Assembly (NCBI GenBank): GCA_026770705.1
Contig: JANJGN010000052.1
Location: forward strand, 2,976,001 to 3,040,000
From: Isurus oxyrinchus
Taxonomy: Eukaryota
Length of the DNA stretch: 64,000 nucleotides
Direction: 5' to 3'
In this document: one piece after another, positions 11,945 to 25,100 of the stretch
Numbering within the stretch: position 1 is the first letter of the stretch
Layout of the letters: each line of letters opens with the position of its first letter
The notes under the pieces: generated by a model
Database searches by the model: none
The model's input: only the letters and a program-made list of their open reading frames with translations
What the model was told of the DNA's origin: nothing
Translations under genes and position numbers: made by a program

Positions 11945-13850
11945 TGTACTGAAGAGGTGCTGCACTGTCAGAGGGTCAGTACTGAGGGAGTGCTGCACTG
12001 TCAGAGGGTCAGTACTGAGGGCATGCTGCACTGTCAGAGGGTCAGTACTGAGGCAGTGCTGCACATTCAGAGGGTCAGTACTGAGTGAGCGCTGCATTGT
12101 CAGAGGGTCAGTACTGAGGGAGTGCTGCACTGTCAGAGGGTCAGTACTGAGGGTGTGCTGCACTGTCAGAGGGTCAGTACTGAGGGAGTGCTGCACTGTC
12201 AGAGGGTCAGTACTGAGGGAGTGCTGCACTGTCAGAGGGTCAGTACTGAGGGGGTGCTGCACTGTCAGAGGGTCAGTACTGAGGGTGTGCTGCACTGTTG
12301 GAGGGTCAGTATTGAGGTAGTGCTGCACTGTCAGAGGGTCAGTACTGAGGGAGTGCTGCACTGTCAGAGGGTCAGTACTGAGGGAGTGCTGCACTGTCAT
12401 AGGGTCAGTACTGAGCAAGCGCTGCACTGTCATAGGGTCAGTACTGAGTGAGTGCTGCACTGTCAGAGGGTCAGTAGTGAGTGAGTGCTGCACTGTCAGA
12501 TGGTCAGTACTGAGAGAGTGCTGCACTGTCAGAGGGTCAATGCTGAGGGAGTGCTGCACTGTGGGAGAGTCAGTACTGAGGGAATGCTGCACTGTCGGAG
12601 GGTCAGTACTGAGGCAGAGCTGCACTGTCAGAGGGTCAGTACTGAGGGAGTGCTGCACTGTCAGAGGGTCAGTACTGAGGGAGTGCTGCACTGCCAGAAG
12701 TTCAGTACTGAGGGAATGCTGCATTATCGGTGGGTCAGTACTGAGGGAGTGCTGCACTGTCAGAGGGTCAATGCTGAGGGAGTGCTGCACTGTGGGAGAG
12801 TCAGTACTGAGGGAGTGCTGCACTGTCGGAGGGTCAGTACTGAGGCAGAGCTGCACTGTCAGAGGGTCAGTACTGAGGGAGTGCTGCACTGTAAGGGGGT
12901 CAGTACTGAAGCAATGCTGCACTGTCAGAGGGTCAGTACTGAAGCAATGCTGCACTGTCAGAGGGTCAGTACTGAGGGAGTGCTGCACTGTCAGAGGGTC
13001 AGTACTGAGGGAGTGCTGCACTGTAAGAGGGTCAGTACTGAAGCAATGCTGCACTGTCAGAGGGTCAGTACTGAGGGAGTGCTGCACTGTAAGAGGGTCA
13101 GTACTGAAGCAATGCTGCACTGTCAGAGGGTCAGTACTGAGGGAGTGCTGCACTGTCAGAGGGTCAGTACTGAGGGAGTGCTGCACTGTCAGAGGGTCAG
13201 TACTGAGGGAGTGCTGCACTGTCAGAGGGTCAGTACTGAGGCAATGCTGCAGTGTCAGAGGGTCAGTACTGAGGGAGTGATGCACTGTCACAGGGTCAGT
13301 ACTGAGGGAGAGCTGCACTGTCATAGGGTCAGTACTGAGTGAGTGCTGCACTGTCAGATGGTCCGTACTGAGAGAGTGCTGCACTGTCAGAGGGTCAATG
13401 CTGAGGGAGTGCTGCACTGTGGGAGAGTCAGTACTGAGGGAGTGCTGCACTGTCGGAGGGTCAGTACTGAGGCAGAGCTGCACTGTCAGAGGGTCAGTAC
13501 TGAGGGAGTGCTGCACTGTCAGAGAGTCAGTACTGAGTGAGTGCTGTACTAATGGTGGGTCAGTACTGAGGGAGTGCTGCACTGCCAGAAGTTCAGTACT
13601 GAGGGAATGCTGCATTATCGGTGGGTCAGTACTGAGGGAGTGCTGCACTGTCAGAGGGTCAGTACTGAGGTAGTGTTGCACTGTCAGAGGGTCAGTACTG
13701 AGGGAGTGCTAAACTGTCAGAGGGTCAGTACTGAGGGAGTGCTGCACTGTCAGAGGGTGAGTACTGAGGGAGTGCTGCACTGTCAGAGAGTCAGTACTGA
13801 GGGAGTGCTGCACTGTCAGAGGGTCAGTTCTGAGGGAGTGCTGCACTGTG
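11945..13850. repeat. 33-bp minisatellite array (~57 units)
   Basis: Tandem 33-mer with internal higher-order duplication; source of the 581-aa pseudo-ORF. Confidence 0.97.
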
Positions 13851-14130
13851 AATTATTGGAATCTCTCTTTATAAAGTCACAACATCAACAAAGGACGGTG
13901 TTGGTGGTGGAAGTGAATTCCAATCGTTCCGTTACTTACCCAGGACCTGTCCAACTGCTCGCCTGGGGAGGAACTGCCCACACGCTCTGCTTGGGCTGAA
14001 TGACCTCTTCCTGTGCTGCTCCCGCTGTGTATTTAATGAGAAAGGGTGGATGTGTCACTGTGAGACAAAGTGGGAGGTGGTTGCTGTCAAAGTATGAAAG
14101 CAAACTGTTAACCCTTGGAGTGCCAAGGCT
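13850..14130 (-). pseudogene. Orphan second copy of the Siglec promoter/first-exon module
   Basis: Closely matches ~10065-10350; donor intact at 13940|13939; runs into the 33-mer array instead of its own leader exon. Confidence 0.7.
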
Positions 14131-14159
14131 GTGTCCGAATGTGATTAAACTTTTTCCCA

Positions 14160-15202
14160 TGTAACAGGCTTGAGGGGCTGAATGGCCTGCTCTTGTTCCT
14201 GTGTAATGGGATTGAGGGGGCTGAATGGGCCCCTCATGTTCATGTGTAACAGGCTCAAGGGGTTGAACGGCCTCCTCCTTTTCTTTTCTTACAAGCTCGA
14301 GGCGCTGAATGGGCCTCCTCCTGTTCCTGTGTAACAGGCTCGAGGGGCTGAATGGGCCTCCTCCTGTTCCTGTGTCATAGGCTCGATGGGCTGAATGGGC
14401 CTCCTCCTGTTCCTGTGTCACAGGCTCGATGGGCTGAATGGGCCTCCTCCTGTTCCTGTGTCACAGGCTCGATGGGCTGAATGGGCCTCCTCCTGTTCCT
14501 GTGTCACAGGCTTGAGGGGGCTGAATGGGCCTCCTCCTGTTCCTGTGTAACAGGCTCAAGGGGGCTGAATGGGCCTCCTCCTGTTCCTGCATAACAGGCT
14601 CGAGGGGGCTGAATGGGCCTCCTCCTGTTACTGTGTAACAGGCTCAAGGGGCTGAATGGGCCTCCTCCTGTTCCTGTGTAGCAGGCTCGAGGGGGCTGAG
14701 TGGGCCTCCTCCTGTTCCTGTGTAACAGGCTCGAGGGGGCTGAGTGGGCCTCCTCCTGTTGCTGTGTAACAGGCTCAAGGGGCTGAATGGGCCTCCTCCT
14801 GTTCCTGTGTAACAGGCTCAAAGGGCTGAATGGCCTCCTCCTTTCTTCTGTGTAACAGACTCGAGGCGACTGAATGGGTCTCCTCCTGTTCCTGTGTAAC
14901 AGGCTCGAGGGGGCTGAATGGCCCTCCTCCTGTTACTGTGTAACAGGCTCAAGGGGCTGAATGGGCCTCCTCCTGTTCCTGTGTAACAGTCTCGAGGGGC
15001 TGAATGGGCCTCCTCCTGTTCCTGTGTAACAGGCTTGAGGGGCTGAATGGGCCTCCTCCTTTCTTCTGTGTAACAGGCTCGAGGGGCTGAATGGGCCTCC
15101 TCCTGTTCCTGTGTAACAGGCTTGAGGGGCTGAATGGGCCTCCTCCTGTTCCTGTGTAACAGGCTCGAGGGGCTGAATGGGCCTCCTCCTTTCTTCTGTG
15201 TA
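14160..15202. repeat. 43-bp minisatellite (AGGCTCGAGGGGCTGAATGGGCCTCCTCCTGTTCCTGTGTAAC)n
   Basis: 43-bp period measured (14336 to 14379), ~20+ units; unit resembles the CR1 3' termini in this window (e.g. reverse complement of 34675-34710). Confidence 0.93.
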
Positions 15203-16281
15203 AATGGCCAGTCCAAAGGATGTGTTTGATGCTGGGGTTAATGGCCTCCAACACAATCCTGTCCTCACATGATTAACTTAGTTAGTGACTGGTTACTGGT
15301 TAATGCAGGAGGATTATTTATTTTCCCAATCTTTTATCCATGTGTCTGGTTAGGATCTTTTCATCAAACACAGAGCGGAACCAGGATCGAGGATGTTGGT
15401 GTCTGAAATCTGTAACACATCGCACAGGCCGCCCATTCACTCAGCCTTCAGGATGGAGGCTAATTGTTCTTTCAAAAACTGAAAGACTGAAATGGTTGTA
15501 AGTTGTAGCTTTAGCTCATTCTGTTGTCCAAGCTGTTTCAGCCATCCAGGATACAGTGAAAAACGTACATTTGCAAGCAACTTTTCACATCATAGCTCCC
15601 TCTGTTCACAATGACATTGGCAACATCAATGTAAACATGTCACGCTGTAATGACATCCTCCCACCAGTGCTGGCACCGTGGCACACCTGTTTTCCTCTGT
15701 GTTGTCGGAAGTCTACCAATTCCCCAATCAAATTGTTTCCCTTTCCCAGGCTGCGATTAGTCTAATATTAAACAATAACTCATAAAATACACATGTTCTC
15801 TGAACATATGTTTGACTGCAAAATGGTGAATAAATTATAGGGATTTGCTCTGGTCCAATTATCCACTGACCCGGCATTTCCTGATGTCTACACTGGCTGA
15901 TGAATATTCTGTAAACACTGACAGACAGGAAGGTGAATAACAGAATGAAAATTAACTCATAATCAAGGACACGGGATTGAATTTGTCCGTTCTGTCCTGG
16001 TACATCATCGAACGATATCTAAAGACATTTACAATCAGAATGGAGAGAAGGATGTTTCCAACAGTGAGGGACAATTCTGAAGGAGGATGTTCAAATTGAA
16101 ACCCACAGACAATCATCCTGGATAGATCATTCCAAAGAAATTCCATCAGATTGTAACAAGAGGTTTAAATCTATTTCCTGGGAGTGAGTTCCTGTGGATA
16201 TTAGGAAGGTAAACTGGAGTTTTGAATGATTCTCCCGTTCTGTATTCTCCCCACACTGTGTGTGTCTCATTCTTGCTCAGT

Positions 16282-16398
16282 TTATAAATTCCCATAAACA
16301 GAATCCTTGGCAAATTCACAGTTTGCGTAAAGATCATCATCTGTATCAGGATTGACTCCGCGGTTAGATTTCATTTCCAGATCCTTCTCATCTTTCTT
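16282..16398 (-). CDS. Orphan terminal exon of a receptor tail: KKDEKDLEMKSNRGVNPDTDDDLYANCEFAKDSVYGNL*
   Basis: Strong acceptor (catttctgtttctattacag|), phase-0 ORF ending in two Tyr motifs (LYANC, SVYGNL); possible AATAAA on the - strand at 15322-15317. Confidence 0.6.
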   Translation of the reverse strand, partial: KKDEKDLEMKSNRGVNPDTDDDLYANCEFAKDSVYGNL

Positions 16399-16507
16399 CT
16401 GTAATAGAAACAGAAATGATCAGAGTGACAATCAGAGTGATCAGTGTTTAGTATTATTGATCCAAATCGAAAATTCCACCCACAATAGAGACATTAATTA
16501 TTGATAC

Positions 16508-19500
16508 TGTTGGATGCTGCTCACGAGTTTGTTGGGACTTATGGATCCAGGCTTGTTTTGGAGAGGCTGAGTAGATACAATAGACAGAGTAGATCAGCAG
16601 ACAGTTCTTAGATGAAACCCATTCTGCTTATTTACAAAGGAACTCAGCAGCTACACTTGTGTGCTTTCAACTCAAGCCTAGTCTCCGCATTACAGGCTCT
16701 AACCAAAGGTGACCGACTACTGAGGTACCTGCGCCACTCGGCTGTTGGACACTGATATAAGAGTTAAACAGGGACTTCTATTAGTGAAAACCAAAGGTCA
16801 GCAGAATTCTCCAGGTGAATCTTGTGCACCATGGGGCTGACATCAGCAGAACTCTCCAGAAAGGCCTTGAAGATCACGAGGGATTAACTCGAGAAGAGAC
16901 ATAAAGAGATGCTGAGGGTAAACAGATCAGGTAAAGGCAAACAGCACCAGGCTAGAACGAGATAAACAGTTCTTGCTTGGGTAAGGAGCAGATATGTACC
17001 TGGGACTGGGAACATCTGCTTATTATGTGATTATGTACTGACAAGATTTGAATTTAAATAACCCAATGTGTACGTGACTAACTCTGTGAACAAAAAAGAT
17101 GGTTTCCCTGTAATGGGTAGAGTTCTGTTTTTAGCCAGGCCTGAGGTTGATTCTGAGAACACACCACAACACTGAGCTCATGTTATCTTCCATTGTAACC
17201 TTCTTCTTAAAGGTACATCACACATCAGATTACCACCACCCTCCCCCTTTACTCAGAAATACATTTTACACTTACTTTTACCATTTTCTCAAAGTATCAA
17301 ATGATTTACACAGATCAGTAATTTACAAATTCAGTCTTTCTGGGGGGTTTCCTTATGCGTCTGGAACGTCTCAGATCCACAGCTTCAGATGCTTTGTCAG
17401 GAGTCTCCTTTTCTGATGTTGTCCCAACACCAGCTTCTTCGGTGGACACCTGCAAACCTGTTTCCTCAACTCTTGCAGGTACAACGGACCCTTCAGACAC
17501 ATCTGTTCTCAGCTGAGTTCTTTCAACAGGAGACATAGACGCAGCCGTGAAGACTGGTGGGATTGTTTCTTGGTACTTTGTTTCTCTCCTCCTTATATGA
17601 CCCACATGTCTCCATATGACTCGGTCTTCCACTTTCACATGGTGAGAAAGAGTTCCAATCGCTGCATTTATTTCACCCGGTGACCACTTTGGCCCCTCTC
17701 TAAAATCCTTCACATATACCGTCTCTCCTACGGTCAGCTTCCTGTCATGGCTATGCCAGTCATGTCCAGTTTCCTGTCTTCCTGGACTCCTTTCCACCTT
17801 CCCGCTGACATTTAGCATGACTGATGTTGCAAATGTGACGTGAGAAAAAACTTTTTCACACAACTAAGTTGTGGGCCTGGAATGCACGGCCTGGAAGTGT
17901 TGTGGAGGCAGGTTCAATCGAGGCATTCAGGAGGGCATTAGATGGTTATTTGGATAGAGAAAAGGTGCAGGGGCATGGGGAAAGGCAGGGCAGTGCCACT
18001 AGGTCATGATGCTCATTTGGAGAGCTGGGACAGACACGATGGGCTGAATGGCCTCCTGCTGTGCCATTAAGACTCTGTGATCCTGCAGAGGAGACTCTGA
18101 AAGGCAAACCGGTTTATTGATACAACCCTTTGTGTGTATTAATTGTGACAAACTTCTGGGAGGCCTTCTCGAACTCCAATTGTTGATAAGCATGGCTCAT
18201 ATCAGCTCCGTGTAGGCCGTTCCAGTCAATTCTTGTCATCTCCACAAATTCAAACACTTTGGCCAGGCTCAGGTACAGGGACTATTGGTGCTGCCCATTC
18301 TGAGGGCAGCACAGATTGTATCACTCCCAGTTTCTAGAACCTGCCCAATTCAGCATCTGCCTTTTCCCACATTGCATAAGGTACTGGCCGTGCCTTCATA
18401 AATCAGAGGGGTAGAGTCTGGATCCACATGAATTTTTGCTTGCAGCCCCTGGATCTCCCCGAGTTCATCTTGGAAAACTGAGATGTATTTTTGTAGTAGC
18501 TCAGGTAGCCCACTGGCTCTCAGTTGGAAGATCTCAGACCAATCCAGCTTAATATCTTTCAGCCAGTTTCGTCCAAGGAGGCTTGGTCCCTCACCAGCTC
18601 CCATCATCAAGGGTCATTTTACTGATTGACTTCCATACTGTATAACAACCCTGCTTATGTCTTTGGCTTGAATGTCTTCTCCCGTGTGAGTTTTCAATTA
18701 GTCATCTGTTTCTTCCAAATTTAATTGACTTTCCCCATGATTCCAGTATTTGAAAGTATGCTCCCCAATTAGCGTAATGTTAGCTCCTGTGTCCACCCCC
18801 ATTCTGAGAGCTCTATCATTCACCCTCACTGTTACATAGATTGGCTCTGTTCTTCCTACCTTTAAATTATACAATGAATAACTATCTGAATCTGTTACTT
18901 CAGGCTCTTCTATGTTATGGATCTCACAGGGTTTTCTCTCTTGGTTGAAACTCTGCCTGATTCTATCCTTGCAATCTCTCATGGGCTCTCTGTTTCGATG
19001 ACAGTAAAAACAATTGATTTTTTTAAAGTTCCATTCACTACGAGGTTGTCTGCTTCACCTCTGTTCACATTATTCCATGTTTTCTCTGCTAAGTCATTCC
19101 TTTTTATTTGCTGCTAGTGGTGGAGGTTTCCCGTTTCTCATCAGAGCTGTACATTTTCCCGCACTTCTTGGCTGAGGCTCCTCACCCAACATGAGGACGG
19201 TGACATTTTGCACTATCCATATGTTTTTCGAGTCCCTCACTGCTCTTTCCATAGCCAGCACTATTCCCAGCACCTTCTGAATATCCAAATCTGTTTCAGA
19301 CAGTAATCTCTTCTGAATCGCATCTTCATTTATACTGCACACCAGTTGATCTCTCAGCATATTATTTATAGATTTACCAAACTCACAATGTCCTATTAAC
19401 TCTTTCAGACTTTCCACATAACATGCAGCTGCCTCCCCTGGGACTCTATTTCTTGAGTTAAATTTGGACCGTTGCATCGTTACCGAGGGCTGGGGCTGGG

Positions 19501-19870
19501 AAGGAATCTTCACAAGGTTCACTATATCATCTAAACTTTTTGAATCCATGGCACCGGGTGACATTAAAGTTCGCATCAATCCCTAAATCTTACTCCCACA
19601 CGTGGATAAGAGGGTCGCTCGCCTCTTCTCCTCCCCATCAATGTCATTCACTTGGAAAAAGAACGCGAGGAGTTCACCATAATGAGACCAATCGCCCACC
19701 GTTGGGTCGAAAGGATCAACTCTTCCAAACTGCAGCATTCTTCGAGGGGACTGCTTCGGTTATTAGGATGGAAATTATATTTATAATCGTTGCGTGAGGC
19801 ACAGCCGGATTTCGGTTCCCTTGCTCTCATTCCTTGCTTTTTCTTCCTTGTTATTCACCTCATCGCCAGT
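16508..19870 (-). mobile_element. Decayed Ty3/Gypsy LTR retrotransposon (gag, protease, integrase C-terminus, PPT, 3' LTR)
   Basis: gag-like LRDQLVCSINEDAIQKRLLSE; protease VDTGA and PSLLGRNWL; integrase tail (WSPGEI..WRHVGHIR..LRRSRRIRKPP); PBS-like TGGCGATGAG near 19869; polypurine tract near 17240-17250; CR1 fragment inserted at ~17850-18085. Confidence 0.85.
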
Positions 19871-19899
19871 TTATTCAACCCTTGTCACTACTTTAGTTT

Positions 19900-20205
19900 G
19901 CATTCCCTCGGTACTGAGCCTGCGACAGTGCAGCATTCCCTGGGTACGGACCCTCCGACTGTGCAGTGGTCCCTTAGTCATGAGCCCCTGATAGTGCAGC
20001 AGCCCCTAAGTACTGATGCTCGAAAAGTGTAGCGCTCCCTCAGCATTGACCATCTGACAGTGCAGCACTCCTTCAGCACTGGCACACCCAGAGTGCAACA
20101 CTCGCAGTACAGACCCTCCGACAGTGCAGCACTAAGTCAGTGCTGACCGTCCAACAGTGCAGCACTCCCTCAGCACTGACCCTCCGACTGTGCAGGACTC
20201 TCAGT
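19900..20205. repeat. Degenerate 33-bp minisatellite, inverted orientation
   Basis: cagcactccctcagcactgaccctccgac units. Confidence 0.85.
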
Positions 20206-20409
20206 CCTGACACCGAGTGCCGGTCTGAATTTTGCCAAATGAATTTCGAACTGACGACCTTCTCACTCAGAGAGAGGGAGGGTTCGAAATCCAGTGACAC
20301 ACAGGAGAAATTCCTGGTCAATGACTTTCCACTTTTGAGCAGAAATATCATCACAAGTCCAGAACGCCAAGGGTTAACAGCTTCAAAAAACTCAAAACAC
20401 GAGCTGTTC

Positions 20410-20564
20410 TGTCACTTTGATCCAACTTCCTCATTTTGTCTCACAGAGACACATCAACCCTTTCTCATTAAATACACAGAGGGAGCAGCACAGGAAGAGG
20501 TCATTCAGCCCAGGCAGAGCGTGTGGGCAGTTCCTCCCCAGGCGAGCAGTCGGACAGGTCCTGG
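20410..20564 (+). promoter_or_regulatory. Gene B putative promoter / non-coding first exon
   Basis: AACTTCCTC (PU.1/ETS-like), ATTAAATA box, CTGG|gtaagt donor at 20564. Confidence 0.6.
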
Positions 20565-21014
20565 GTAAGTAATGGAACGATTGGAATTCACTTCCACGAC
20601 CAACACAGTCCTTTGTTGATGTTGTGACTTTATAAAGACAAATTCCAATGATTGATGCCTTTGAAAGATTTCTACTGATTATTGAGATCTGGGTGTGAGG
20701 CTCAAGTCTGTTGTACAGAACATCTTTCTAGCTCAAGGGATGAGGGAAGTGCAGGGACATGAGCTTTGGGACATCCTGAGGTGCTGAAATACGATATAGA
20801 AATGCAAGTCCTTCATTGATTTATTTTTTTAAAGCTTTTTAACTCTCTGCAGAGCACCTATCATCCCACAGAGAACCAAATTAGTCTGTGTAGACAATGT
20901 GTAAAAGCAGTTCTGATCTCTCGAGAGCTGTCGGACAAGAGGTGAGGTCTCATTAACTCCTTTCTCTTTCACAGTTTGAGAGTCAGAAGCTAAAGGAATA
21001 TCTGGGAGTGGACA

Positions 21015-21054
21015 ATGATCGGGAAATCCTACTTCCTCCTGTCACTTCTCCAAG
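21015..21054 (+). CDS. Siglec-like gene B, signal-peptide exon
   Basis: ATGATCGGGAAATCCTACTTCCTCCTGTCACTTCTCCAAG|gtaata. Confidence 0.88.
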
Positions 21055-22139
21055 GTAATATCATCGTCAACTTGGACAGACTTATGGCTAATAGTCTTTG
21101 TAAAAGATCATTCTTATTGAGCTGTGATAGGGAACTGATTCAGCAGTGAGCCAGTGTACAAACTCACACCAAGTCCCATTCACCCATCACCCCTGTGCTC
21201 ACTGATATACACTGACTCCCTGTCTGACAGCAGAACTGCAGGACAGCAGAGACCTCAAAGGGTTTCAGGGCTGGAGGAGGTGACAGTGATAGGGAGTGGA
21301 GAGGGAGGATGGAGGGATAAGGAATCAATGAAGAGATTTTGAAAATTGAGTCATTGCTGGACTGGGAGCCAGTGTAGGTCAGCGAGTGACAGGGGAGCGA
21401 TCGGCTGAATAGAGAAGCAGGGATAAAAACTGGGGGATGAAGTCTATCCTGATGCAAGCACTCCGATATCAATGCCCTGAAATTTTTCTCTCTTGCTGAT
21501 TTTCATCAGAATTTCCCATGAAGACAACACAGAAGCTCTTAGATTAGACAGGCAGTTCAGCGTCACACTTCCTGTCCATTCTCACCATGCTAGAAAATTC
21601 GATAAGATAGCAAGATAACTGATAGAGAGAAGGGAGGCAAAGCTGTCTGTATGTAAAACTGTCAAATATTCTGAGTTATCATGATTGTTTCTGATCTGCT
21701 GCAGAGTTTATATTTCATTGAAACTTATCACTTTGCAGCTCAGAGAGAGACCATTGACTCACTGCCTGAAAGGGCGGTGGAAGCAGATTCAACAGGAACT
21801 TTCAGAAGGGGAACTGGATAAATACTTGAAGGGGAAATTTTGCAGGGTTGTGGAGGAAAGAGCAGAGGTGAGAGTGGGAATAATTGGACAGATCTTTCAA
21901 CGGCCCAGCACAGGCTCGATGGGCCAAATGTCTTCCTTCTGTTCCGGATCATTCTACAATCCGATAAATTAAGTCCCTTTTCAATAACTCTCCAGGCTCC
22001 TGCTGCAGGAATGGATCTTTCAGAAGGGCAGGGAGCAAGCGGTTTCTCATATCATGTTCATATTTATTGACAATTACATAAGTGCATGGAACTGTTGAAT
22101 ATTTGAGTCTCTAAAGTGTGGATTTAACCTTCTGGTACA

Positions 22140-25100
22140 CCCAGATCTTGTGCTGGTTACCTTGTCTGGAGGTGTCTTTAACTGCTCACAGTGATCTGTG
22201 GGATTGTCACCCTTGGATGTTGTTCCTGATTTCATGTGGGATCTTCTCCTCGATGGAATAGGAGCGGGAATGGATCTGATTTATCCTCAGTTCCGCCTCA
22301 CCGCTGTGCCCTTGTGTGTTTGACTCCATAGGCCCTTGGTTCTGAACAAATCCTTGTCACCTCGGCTGGTGATCATGAACCTTCTGTGGGATCCTGGATG
22401 TGAACTTGTCCCAACTGTAAACTTGGCAACTGTGCACCTCCATTTTTATCATGAACATTCCTTATCTTCTCTTGTAGTTTTAAAAGTTGCCCTCTGGTTT
22501 CTGAGAGAGTAGAATGGGTAAGAATAGCGAAATTGGTCACTACTGGCCCACCAAACATGATCTCTGTCAGTGATGCAATAAGGTGAGGTGATGGTGTAGT
22601 GGTATTGTTGCTGGACGAGTAATTCAGAGACCCAGGGTAATGTCCTGAAAATATGAGTTCAAATCCTGTCATAATAGATGATGGAATTTGAATTTAATAA
22701 AAAGATGAAATTCAAAGTCTAGTGATGACCACAAAACCATTGTTGGAAATCCCACCTGGTTCACCAGTGCCCTTTAGGGAACAAAATTGCCTGGCCAACA
22801 TGTGACTCCAGACTCCACGTCAATGTGGTTGACTCTTACATTAGGGATGGGTAATAAATCCTGGCCTGACCAGTGACTCCCACATCCCATGAATGAATTT
22901 AACAAAGTTGCAGTTGTAGGTGTTGATCTCAGATGTAACATTGCAATGTGTGGATCTTGCTTGGTCTGTCTACATTTGAGAATTAGGGATTTCACTGGTG
23001 TGAATCATTCATTCAGCTAGGCCGTTAGATCTGGGGTAATGAGGAGAAGAAGTTGTGTGATTGATATTCCAGATTATATGTACTCATGTCCCTAGGCTCA
23101 CCAAATAAACTGAAAATAGTGCTTAGAATGTGTGCACCAGTAGTGCTCGGTGTGTTGTGTTATTTTTGAATAACGGGATATCTGGTAAAGCTGTCGACGA
23201 TGACGATGAAGTCAGTGACATGGACATGAAAGGATTCAGATGTGAATTTGGACTAAGAATAGGCAGGAATTTCCTGTGGAATCAGTGGTTCTTTGTGTTG
23301 ACTTGGCTCATCCTCTTGACAAGCCTCGAACTTCCCTACAACGACTTCAAGGTCATTGTTCATACCCGGCCAGTGACTGTATCTCTTGTGAGTCTCCCTG
23401 TCTGATCTGTGCCCATGTGTGAGGGATGAAGTTGTTGAAGAATATATCATCACAAAGGTTCCGGTATGATGCGATGCCTGCCATTAAAAATGACTCCCTG
23501 GGAGATGCCTCACTTATCCTGATGACGTCAAGTTGAATCAGCCACCCTTTCAATGATATTTCCACAGTTCCTGTAGAATTTTTCACTGTTCCCTCTTGTA
23601 GCTGCTGGCATTTCTGTTGTGCTAAATGTACTGGATCAATTGACAGACTTGCATTCTCCTGCAGGTGTAATGTTGCAGCTCCCTTGAAACTACAAATACT
23701 GTTGAAACTTTCTGCATATTTCAATGTTATGTCCATGAACTGAGTTGATGGGGTAGTTTCTGAGGTTGACCCATGTCAGGTCTGACAGATTCCATGGATA
23801 GTCACTAGTGTGAGGTCACCGCATGCCGGTAGACTTGCAATTGCTCAGCCTTTAGTCTCCACAATGTAGAACATCTGTGACACCCAGGAGGATTGATTGT
23901 ACTTGCACCCCAGGACTATGTATTCCGCACATGGAGTTGGTGAAGTGTTGTACACAGCAGTAGGTTTCCCCATGGACTTCCATGTCCTTGGATATATGTC
24001 TTTGAAAATTTGCTGGGGTGGGCTGGGGGAGGGGAATGTTGGCACTTGCCCTTGTGTCACTCTTGGCCAATAAAGGGGAGGTAGCCACTTTCTCAGGGCA
24101 GATAATTGGAATCTTGGCCAATAGTGCGGGTGATGTGACAGCATCTGTTCTCCGTGAGATCGATGGTGTAAAAGGTGTGAAATTGTTCAACAATTGCACA
24201 AAACGTTGAGCACAAATGTTGCACAAACTCTAGGCCGGGGTTTTCCGGCCCGGTCATGGTGGGACCTGCCTTGGGAGATTGGGACAAATATAAATCCATT
24301 GGCTTTCGGCCGGACCGGACAATCCTGGCAGTGGGTGGGGCCAGAAAATCCTACCACTATGGGACATTTTCAGTTTATTTGATGTGCCCAGAGAGATCAC
24401 TAAGGACAACAATCCACAATTTATTGACAAGCCACGACAGGATATGTGTGAGAGGTGGAATATCGATCACCGCACCTCGTCTCGCCGTGCACATCATCGC
24501 CATTTCCTGGTTTGTCAGTCACCACATGTATATGTTCCTGATGGGATAGCGGATGGTCATTCTTATTGATTGAAGGTTCCCCGTTGTGTAGGGTCTGTTT
24601 GGATCAGCGCACGGCTCTTTGCAGCTGCATCAGCCTTTGCTCTAGTGCTCTGCCGCTGTCACTGGCCCTTTCTGCCACAAGCCTTGCAGGATTGGTGGAA
24701 AGCTGGGCATTTCCTTGGTGCCTGCAGAAGGCCACACCTTCCACACGTCTCACTAGGTTTGGATGTTCTAGTGAGTGTGTCAACAATTGATGTTGTACTG
24801 AGGACCTGTAAGCTTCGTTGACCTGCGAGGATCACTTCGTATTTATGTCCATCCTTGAGTAGCTCTTCAATGCTATAGGTTTTGGTCTTATCTAGCAGAT
24901 CTTTCTGGAAGGCTTCCATGGGAGTGGATGCGATCACCAACTCAACAACTGTGTCTGCAGGCTCTGTGTTTGAAATCACAGTGCGTACCCTTTTCTCTAC
25001 ATCGGCTGATGAAGTGGTCTATGGATTGTGTAGGCTGATGAAATGACATAAACTCTAGTTGATGAATATGGAGTTTCACCTGATTCTGAACCTGTCTTCC

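Noticed and set aside
11936-13681. 581-aa and other long ORFs of VQHSLSTDPLT / LHCQRVSTEGV / LRECCTVRGSV repeats
   Set aside because: Translations of a 33-bp minisatellite that is open in several frames on both strands; no splice or coding support.
13936-15268. ORFs such as RACYTGTGGGPFSPSSLLHRNRRRPIQPLEP
   Set aside because: Frame-cycling translation of the 43-bp tandem repeat.
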